A stretch of 64,000 nt of DNA. It comes from an uncultured Chitinophagales bacterium (GTDB taxonomy: Bacteria > Bacteroidota > Rhodothermia > Balneolales > HLUCCA01). The position numbers and the translations under genes were made by a program. Of this stretch, positions 57,491 to 64,000 are shown one piece after another. Each line of letters starts with the position of its first letter. Position 1 is the stretch's first letter. The stretch is from the NCBI GenBank assembly GCA_964509715.1, contig CAZDYD010000004.1, positions 952 through 64,951 of the forward strand. Direction: 5' to 3'. The notes beneath the pieces are model-generated. The model was not told the DNA's origin. It made no database searches and worked only from the letters and a program-made list of their open reading frames with translations.

Positions 57491-58915
57491 ATGATTCGAT
57501 TCATAGCTGCATTGCTTTTTTTACTTTTATTCTTGAGTGGTACCTCTTCTGCTCAATGGCGAGCATTTGAAGTCTTTGAGAATGGAACATATCAGAACAG
57601 AATCACTATTCTCCTTCTTTCAGAAGGATACACGGAATCAGAGTTGGAAGTATTTCGTCAGGATGTATTGAAGGTCACGGATGATATATTCAATGTGTCA
57701 CCATTCAAAGAGTACAAAAACTATTTTCGGGTTGTCGCGGTAGAGGTACCATCAAATGAATCTGGTGCATCCAGCATTTTTGATGGTGATGTCAGGGATA
57801 CATATTTTAAATCAACATTTGGTCAGGGTGGGGGTAGGGATTTAAGTCTGATGTTTCCAGTCGGAACCGGACGTCTGTATGATATCAAAACAGCTCTTGA
57901 TTTAGGATGGTGGAATTCCATCACTATGGTCATGGTAAACGATCACAGATTGGGTGGTGGCCCAGAAATTGCAACACGAGGGGGACAAGAATTTGAGGTT
58001 GTGGTGCATGAGATCGGACATCAGTTCGGTAGGTTGGCCGATGAATATGAAGAGTCTGGACGGACTCCGATACCTGGTCCTAATGTGACCCAGATTACAG
58101 ATAGAAATCATATACCATGGAAACATTGGATCCTTCCCGATACTCCAATACCTACACCTGTTGAGATTGAAAATTTTGATAAAATTGGATTATTTGAAGG
58201 TGCCGCCTACCAATCTAATGGATGGTTTCGTTCGCAGCTAAGTTGTAGAATGAGATACAATACAGACCACTTTTGTGCGGTTTGTAATGAGCAATTGATT
58301 GGTAGAATGTACACCGAATTTAATTCTGGCAGAATTCTGACCGTAAGTCCGGAAGTTGGACAAATTAACCTATCATTACATGAGCAACATTTATTCAATT
58401 ACACGGGTCCAACTCCTGAAAATGGACTGGTATTTGAATGGTTTCTCAATGAATCACTCATTTCAAACAATGCTGAATTTGATGTAATTGCTAGTGAATT
58501 GGGAATTGGAGACCATGTGCTTGAGTTACGTATCCATGACCGTAATACACAAGTACTTGATGCCGAAATATCTGGAAGAATGTCTATATCGAAAAATTGG
58601 GAAATATCTGTTACTGAATCGACGAGTAATCCCCCAGTAGTACATTTTTCGAGTGATGTTGCATTAGGAATGGCATATCCAAATCCCGCTAATAATAACG
58701 CTATGATCACATTTAGACTTCCAGAAAGTCAAATTGTAGAATTAGCTGTTTATGATCTTGCAGGCAGAAAAGTTTCACTGATCACACAAGGTGTATATCC
58801 AATCGGAGAACATAGAATCAATTGGATGACCTCGCAGCTTTCTTCTGGTATGTATATCGTCACATTGCAAACGAGTCACATAAAATTATCCAGAACTTTA
58901 ATGATTCTTAGATAA
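57491..58915 (+). CDS. M64 (IgA peptidase-like) metallopeptidase with T9SS C-terminal sorting domain
   Basis: Signal peptide; LSEGYT; HEIGHQFGRLADEY; CRMR...FCAVC; CTD AYPNPANN...VYDLAGRKV...LSSGMYIV. Confidence 0.88.
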   Translation: MIRFIAALLFLLLFLSGTSSAQWRAFEVFENGTYQNRITILLLSEGYTESELEVFRQDVLKVTDDIFNVSPFKEYKNYFRVVAVEVPSNESGASSIFDGDVRDTYFKSTFGQGGGRDLSLMFPVGTGRLYDIKTALDLGWWNSITMVMVNDHRLGGGPEIATRGGQEFEVVVHEIGHQFGRLADEYEESGRTPIPGPNVTQITDRNHIPWKHWILPDTPIPTPVEIENFDKIGLFEGAAYQSNGWFRSQLSCRMRYNTDHFCAVCNEQLIGRMYTEFNSGRILTVSPEVGQINLSLHEQHLFNYTGPTPENGLVFEWFLNESLISNNAEFDVIASELGIGDHVLELRIHDRNTQVLDAEISGRMSISKNWEISVTESTSNPPVVHFSSDVALGMAYPNPANNNAMITFRLPESQIVELAVYDLAGRKVSLITQGVYPIGEHRINWMTSQLSSGMYIVTLQTSHIKLSRTLMILR

Positions 58916-59014
58916 CATCAAAAAAATGATGTAATAATGGTGTTCAGGTAGTGATATTCGATAAAAAAATTACGATATTTGAAGTCTGCACTACATGTGC
59001 TGCCGAATCCAAGG

Positions 59015-59088
59015 GCGCCCATAGCTCAATTGGATAGAGCGTCTGACTTCGGATCAGAAGGTTTGGGGTTCGAATCCCTATGGGCGTA
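59015..59088 (+). tRNA. tRNA-Arg(TCG)
   Basis: GCGCCCA/TGGGCGT acceptor stem; anticodon arm TCTGA-CTTCGGA-TCAGA; TTCGAAT T-loop; CCA not encoded. Confidence 0.96.
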
Positions 59089-59096
59089 CAAGTATT

Positions 59097-59140
59097 AAGC
59101 CATTGAGTTATCGGATATCGATTTACTCAATGGCTTTTTT
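59097..59140 (+). terminator. Intrinsic terminator after tRNA-Arg
   Basis: AAGCCATTGAGT...ACTCAATGGCTT followed by TTTT. Confidence 0.85.
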
Positions 59141-59253
59141 CTGTGACCGTGTATTAGCTAATATCACCATATTTAAGCTAATTGAATTGGAAATCCCCGT
59201 TTTTACATGATACTGATAAGGTATCTGAATCATATATAGGACTAAAGAGTATT

Positions 59254-60519
59254 ATGTCATCAAAAGTTGAAATCATGTCACCTGCTGGGAATTGGGCATC
59301 GTTCAATGCGGCTATTCAGGGTGGTGCGGATTCTATCTATTTTGGAGTTGAGCAGTTAAATATGCGTGCCCGGGCGACCAATAACTTTACGCTCGAGGAC
59401 TTACCTAAGATTGCAACTCTTGCAAATGAACATGGGATCAAGACATATTTAACGCTAAATACCATCCTTTATGACCATGATCTACCTGTGATGAGGAGAA
59501 TCATCGATGAGGTAAAGAGGTCTGGTATTACTGCTATAATAGCTGCCGATCAGGCTGCCATTTCGTATGCTTTTTCTCAAAAGGTCGAGGTGCATATCTC
59601 GACTCAGGTTAACATATCAAATATTGAAATGGTACGATTTTATGCTCATTTCGCAGATGTTGTAGTACTTGCACGGGAATTGAGTATTCGCCAGATGAAG
59701 CAAATTGTAGAGGCTATTGAAACTGAACAGATCAAGGGTCCATCAGGCGAGTTGGTACGCATTGAAGTTTTTGCACACGGTGCGCTTTGCATGGCTGTAT
59801 CAGGCAAGTGTTATCTAAGTCTGCATGCTTACAATTCGTCGGCCAATCGTGGTGCGTGTCAGCAGAACTGCAGACAATCATATACTGTGCAGAGCAATGA
59901 TGACGGTACGACAATGGAGATTGAAAATGAATATATCATGTCACCAAAAGACCTGTGTACGTTAAATTTTCTGGATGAATTATTGAAATCAGGTGTCAAG
60001 GTTCTGAAGATTGAGGGACGCGGTCGTTCACCCGAGTATGTCAAAACAGTAACCCGTTGCTATAAAGAAGCAGCCTATGCAGTTAGTAATGGAACGTTTA
60101 CCCGTGAGAGGGTAGACCTTTGGATGGCAGAACTTGAAAAAGTATATAACCGAGGATTTTGGGATGGCTATTACCTCGGACGTAAATTAGGTGAATGGAG
60201 TAATGTTTATGGTTCTGCTTCATCATATCAAAAGACGTTCGTCGGTGTGGTCTTACACTATTATCCAAAAGCGGAGGTTGCTCACATTAGAATCAAAACA
60301 AAGGAATTGCGGATGGGGGACAAAATTCTGGTCATCGGTGACACTACTGGAGTGGTCGAATCAGTAATTGACTCTGTGTATGTTAACGACATACCCGCTG
60401 GTGAAGCTCAACAAGGTCAAGAATGTACAATCACTATTTCAGGGAAGGTACGTGAGGGGGACAAGGTCTATCTCTGGGAAGAACGACCAGATAAGCTAAA
60501 GCAACAATTCGTTTCATGA
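59254..60519 (+). CDS. Peptidase U32 family Fe-S protein (TrhP-like tRNA hydroxylase); start taken at ATG 59254
   Basis: MSPAG, GADSIYFG, HISTQ, HGALCMAVSGKCYLS, NRGACQQNCR, KIEGRGRS; C-terminal beta-barrel domain. Confidence 0.88.
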   Translation: MSSKVEIMSPAGNWASFNAAIQGGADSIYFGVEQLNMRARATNNFTLEDLPKIATLANEHGIKTYLTLNTILYDHDLPVMRRIIDEVKRSGITAIIAADQAAISYAFSQKVEVHISTQVNISNIEMVRFYAHFADVVVLARELSIRQMKQIVEAIETEQIKGPSGELVRIEVFAHGALCMAVSGKCYLSLHAYNSSANRGACQQNCRQSYTVQSNDDGTTMEIENEYIMSPKDLCTLNFLDELLKSGVKVLKIEGRGRSPEYVKTVTRCYKEAAYAVSNGTFTRERVDLWMAELEKVYNRGFWDGYYLGRKLGEWSNVYGSASSYQKTFVGVVLHYYPKAEVAHIRIKTKELRMGDKILVIGDTTGVVESVIDSVYVNDIPAGEAQQGQECTITISGKVREGDKVYLWEERPDKLKQQFVS

Positions 60520-60737
60520 AGATCCTGTTTCACAGATCCAAGTGTATTGGATGTAATTACTGTGTTGAAGTTGCACCGGAACGATGGCAAATGTCAAAGC
60601 GCGATGGGAAAAGCGTCCTTTTGGGTGGGAAACTTAAAGGTAACATGTTCCAGGTAGATGTTGGTGAACATGAACGTGCAATGAACGAAAAAGCTGAGGA
60701 AATTTGTCCGGTCAAAGTGATCCGAATCACGAAATAA
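60516..60737 (+). CDS. Single-cluster ferredoxin
   Basis: CIGCNYC...CP; ATGA overlap with the U32 gene. Confidence 0.88.
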   Translation: MKILFHRSKCIGCNYCVEVAPERWQMSKRDGKSVLLGGKLKGNMFQVDVGEHERAMNEKAEEICPVKVIRITK

Positions 60738-60846
60738 TCTGGCTTGACTATATTTGGAGCTATATTGATTTGATTTGATCGTGTGGATTGACTTTAGACT
60801 TGGAAAAATATTTTCATACATTATCAGTGTCAGGTAACCATTATAA

Positions 60847-61806
60847 ATGTATCATTTATTGATCATGCCCGAAATCAATGCTCAACTGGATTTGACTGAA
60901 GAGGAAGTGTATGCAATTGAAATGCATGCATTCATCAATATGATTACTTTGCTGTATAATCATATGTTCATCATGCAGGAAACCTCATCAGAGCCCGAAT
61001 TGTATGAAGATGCAATGGATCAGGTGTACCAGCTGGCATATGGTGTGAAGTCACGCGATAGGAGCTTGTTCAATCCTGGCAAAATCAGAGAATTCAAGAA
61101 AACGATTAATACGCTGTTCGCAGCTATGAAATCAAAGGGTATCAATCGTAAAATCTCGGATTTTGATGAAATTGATTCATTTTTTAGTGATGCAATAGAT
61201 TTGGTTGAAGGTAGAATGGGTGACCTTCTTGTCCGTTGGGCAAATCCCAATAAATGGGAGGTCCATTGGGTTGATGAGTTCAAATCATCTTTTCTAAATT
61301 ATTTTTACGCTCTCGAAAAAGATACTCATGGATTTTACCGTATCGCACACTCCATCGATGAAAATCAGACTATGGATTTTCATGTGCGTTTCGATGTGAT
61401 CAGCTCCATCGGTCATTCGATCACTATTCCTGTCATTTTCAAAGATATCATGCGTGAAATCATTACCAATGCCAGAAAATTCTCGCATCCTGGTGGAAAA
61501 ATTGGCATCAAGTTAGAGTTAGACAGAAAACATCTCACTCTCACGGTCAGGGATCAGGGCATAGGGATACCAGCAGATGAAATTCAACACGTAGTTGAGT
61601 TCAAATACAGAGCCAGTAATGTGGTCGACGATACCACGATTATTGGAAGCGGATTTGGCCTTACCAAGGTGTATTACAACATTAATCAGCTGAATGGCAA
61701 ATTGATCATAGATTCAGATATCCAAAAAGGAACCACAGTACGGGTGGTTATACCCGTACCGGATCATGAATTTATGTCAGCCAATTTCGGTGCACTTGAC
61801 GCTTGA
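60847..61806 (+). CDS. Soluble histidine-kinase-like protein (HATPase_c)
   Basis: EIITNARKFS, DQGIGIP, GSGFGLTKV; possible atypical H-box MHAFIN; no TM segments. Confidence 0.8.
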   Translation: MYHLLIMPEINAQLDLTEEEVYAIEMHAFINMITLLYNHMFIMQETSSEPELYEDAMDQVYQLAYGVKSRDRSLFNPGKIREFKKTINTLFAAMKSKGINRKISDFDEIDSFFSDAIDLVEGRMGDLLVRWANPNKWEVHWVDEFKSSFLNYFYALEKDTHGFYRIAHSIDENQTMDFHVRFDVISSIGHSITIPVIFKDIMREIITNARKFSHPGGKIGIKLELDRKHLTLTVRDQGIGIPADEIQHVVEFKYRASNVVDDTTIIGSGFGLTKVYYNINQLNGKLIIDSDIQKGTTVRVVIPVPDHEFMSANFGALDA

Positions 61807-61835
61807 GTTGTGCTTGCTTCACCATTCACCTTATT

Positions 61836-62066
61836 TCACCATCTCCCGAAATTATAAGAAACATTCAAGTTGAGTGAATTGTTGGTAATGACTTGGCCGT
61901 TGTTGGTGTCTGCCGCAATATTGGCGAACCCCATATCATAGTTCACACCGACACTGATGCGTTTGAAGGTATATCCAATACCCAATGCGAGTCCCATATC
62001 AAATGGTTTTAGGTCGGAATTGGCATCTGTACCCCACTCAATATCCGCAGTATTGTTCGTAAACAT
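61836..62066 (-). pseudogene. C-terminal remnant of a PorT/OMP_b-brl-type outer-membrane beta-barrel gene
   Basis: DLKPFDMGLALGIGYTF...VNYDMGFANI...NLNVSYNF; an in-frame stop lies a few codons upstream; no signal peptide. Confidence 0.65.
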
Positions 62067-62187
62067 TAATCTTATAGTACCGGATGGAATCTATACCCGG
62101 TACATAAGTTTTGGTACAAGTTTATTATCACGGTCATTATTGGTAACTTTGGTCATAATTATATTTCGAGATCAAATATTCAATTCA

Positions 62188-62970
62188 ATGTCTCATACTC
62201 CCCGCGTAAGCTGTCTGATGGTAACGGGTAATCGCAAAAAGATCGCTCGTCGTGCGGTTAAATGTTTTTTGGATCAAAACTATCCGAACAAGGAACTGGT
62301 AATTCTGGATGACGGTGACGAGGATTATTCGGAAATCTTGTCTGATATTCCCATAGGTGATTGCCATTACATAAAGATACAGAAGCAGGAAGGGACCTAT
62401 TTGGGTGGACTTCGGAACATGATTCTGGATGCTGCCACGGGTGATTATCTTGTACAATGGGATGATGATGATTGGTACCACCCCGAACGGATCAATATTC
62501 AGGCAGGATATCTGGATCGAGGATATGATGCCTGTTGGTTGTCATCCACTCTAATGCACATTGATACGGAGCAACATAAAGACTTTCCTTTTCTGGGCGG
62601 ACTACCAGATGGAGTTCCGGGAAGTATCATGCATAAAAATGATACATCCATTCGGTACCCGAATATTGTCAGAGGTGAAGATACCATCTACCAAAAGGAT
62701 TGGATGAAGAAAAAATGGATCAAATTACCAGAGGAATACAGTCATCTGTTCATTCGTTGCTATCATGGGAACAACACATGGGACGAGACTCATTTCTATA
62801 GACGATCAAGAAATAATTTCAAGGATCTTTTATCATTTATTTGGTATAAGTTTGTGATTAGAGATATAAAAAAGAATCCCAAATTCAGGTTGTCACCTGC
62901 ACTACAATCTGCATTTGATCTTTATGTGGCAGATTCCAATAAGCTGGATGTATTTCTAAGCAAAAAATGA
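62188..62970 (+). CDS. Glycosyltransferase family 2; start taken at ATG 62188
   Basis: VSCLMVT, QNYPNKELVILDDG, LGGLRN, QWDDDDWYHPERI. Confidence 0.9.
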   Translation: MSHTPRVSCLMVTGNRKKIARRAVKCFLDQNYPNKELVILDDGDEDYSEILSDIPIGDCHYIKIQKQEGTYLGGLRNMILDAATGDYLVQWDDDDWYHPERINIQAGYLDRGYDACWLSSTLMHIDTEQHKDFPFLGGLPDGVPGSIMHKNDTSIRYPNIVRGEDTIYQKDWMKKKWIKLPEEYSHLFIRCYHGNNTWDETHFYRRSRNNFKDLLSFIWYKFVIRDIKKNPKFRLSPALQSAFDLYVADSNKLDVFLSKK

Positions 62971-64000
62971 AAATTGTCTACGTCCAGACCTACCCAATCT
63001 ATCACGACCATCTCAGCGAAGATCAATGGCTACAGGTTGAGAACAGGGATAAATGGATGCCAGCAATAACTGCTGAACATGGGGTTGAAACCGAAATCTG
63101 GGCTGTAGGTCGTTCGAGAAGGACTGTGGAGTATCAGTGGAAGGATTCTACTATTTCCATCCATATTTTTCCAACATCAGGTAAAGGGGCAAAAACAAAA
63201 TTCCATTTCAGTGATGAGCTGATCGAGTATGCCAAAGGTCTGAGGAATGTACATTATATACTCAAGGGAGTGGATGGTGGAGTTGGACTCCGTTTGTTGG
63301 AAAAGGTGATATTACCATCGAGAACCTCATTTTCGTTTATCATTGGTGGAAAATGTGTTACAAAATATCATAAGCACGCAAAAATGATATTTATAGAATC
63401 TGATTTCCAAAAACGATTACTTACAAAGCCTAAATGGTTTTTCCAGAACAGTGTTTCGGAAGAAAAATTGATACCTCTTGCTAAATCGGTTGATCTCGAT
63501 ATATTCAAACCAACCCACCACTTCAAAGAGCCTACGTTTGATATTATCACATTGGGACGGCTCATACCTTACTATAAAAATTATGAGGCTATCTTTGAGC
63601 TTTCCAGAAAGTATACAATCGCAGTGATTGGAGGTGGACCTATGTTGGATGAATATAGAAGAAAGTATCCAGGTATAGAGTGGTTGGGGCAACTTCGACA
63701 CGACCAGATTCCTGAGGTAATTCAGCAGGCACGTTTGTTTTTGTATACAAGTAAACGCGACTATTATCCAAGAGCCATTGCAGAAGCCATTGCTTGTGGA
63801 ATGCCCATTGCAGCATTTAGCGAGTCCATTTCCGAAGACGTTGTCCGCCCCGAATTTGGGATATTATTGGATGACAGAACATATTCAACTGAAATTGCAA
63901 GTTTATTGGGAAATCCGGCCAGACTGGGTAACATGTCACATAATGCCAGGTTATATGCCGAAGCCAATTTGAGTAAAACTTCCTCAACCCCTGCCGTGAA
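62967..64000 (+). CDS. Glycosyltransferase family 4 (GT-B), 3'-truncated; not in the supplied ORF track
   Basis: ATGA overlap at 62967. Translation MKIVYVQTYP...SVDLDIFKP...LGRL...IGGGP...RDYYPRAIAEAIACGMPI is open to the window end. Confidence 0.88.
   Translation, partial: MKIVYVQTYPIYHDHLSEDQWLQVENRDKWMPAITAEHGVETEIWAVGRSRRTVEYQWKDSTISIHIFPTSGKGAKTKFHFSDELIEYAKGLRNVHYILKGVDGGVGLRLLEKVILPSRTSFSFIIGGKCVTKYHKHAKMIFIESDFQKRLLTKPKWFFQNSVSEEKLIPLAKSVDLDIFKPTHHFKEPTFDIITLGRLIPYYKNYEAIFELSRKYTIAVIGGGPMLDEYRRKYPGIEWLGQLRHDQIPEVIQQARLFLYTSKRDYYPRAIAEAIACGMPIAAFSESISEDVVRPEFGILLDDRTYSTEIASLLGNPARLGNMSHNARLYAEANLSKTSSTPAV

Noticed and set aside
1-64000. Defence systems, prophage, IS elements
   Set aside because: No transposase, integrase, phage structural, restriction-modification, toxin-antitoxin or cas motifs were recognised in any ORF.

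Overview
Bacterial chromosomal window, mostly core and metabolic genes. The gene content (T9SS C-terminal sorting domain, many Sec/SPII lipoproteins, LytS/LytTR pair, Bacteroides-type ara locus, yggS-divIVA-punA, tRNA-Arg(UCG)) suggests an FCB-group organism, most plausibly Balneolota/Rhodothermota; this is an inference. Left to right: a YfcC transporter + M20 peptidase + lipoprotein cyanophycinase operon (truncated by the left edge); an unknown lipoprotein divergent from three pilin-like genes; signalling and protease genes; an L-arabinose operon with an NrtR/AraR regulator and a visible operator; tRNA-Leu(GAG); glpQ; rluB with a 72-bp tandem repeat; prolyl oligopeptidase; a MacB-type exporter module; arginine deiminase; smpB; RNase P RNA; nif3/zinc ribbon; yggS; two PspB-like genes; divIVA; punA; hemN; recC-recB-recD; an M64 peptidase; tRNA-Arg(UCG); U32 protein + ferredoxin; and the start of a glycosyltransferase cluster. 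I found no cas genes, bona fide CRISPR array, intact transposase/integrase, prophage or recognisable defence system. The best candidates for undescribed biology are: (i) the putative cyanophycin-scavenging operon with an M20 peptidase, (ii) the non-canonical pilin-like trio and its divergent lipoprotein with structured UTRs, (iii) a structured, internally repeated element with two coupled 13-codon ORFs at about 31.1-31.3 kb, (iv) a degenerate repeat next to tRNA-Leu, (v) the PspB-like pair beside divIVA, and (vi) a 30-bp repeat insertion in recC. All family calls come from motif recognition by eye; no database searches were run.
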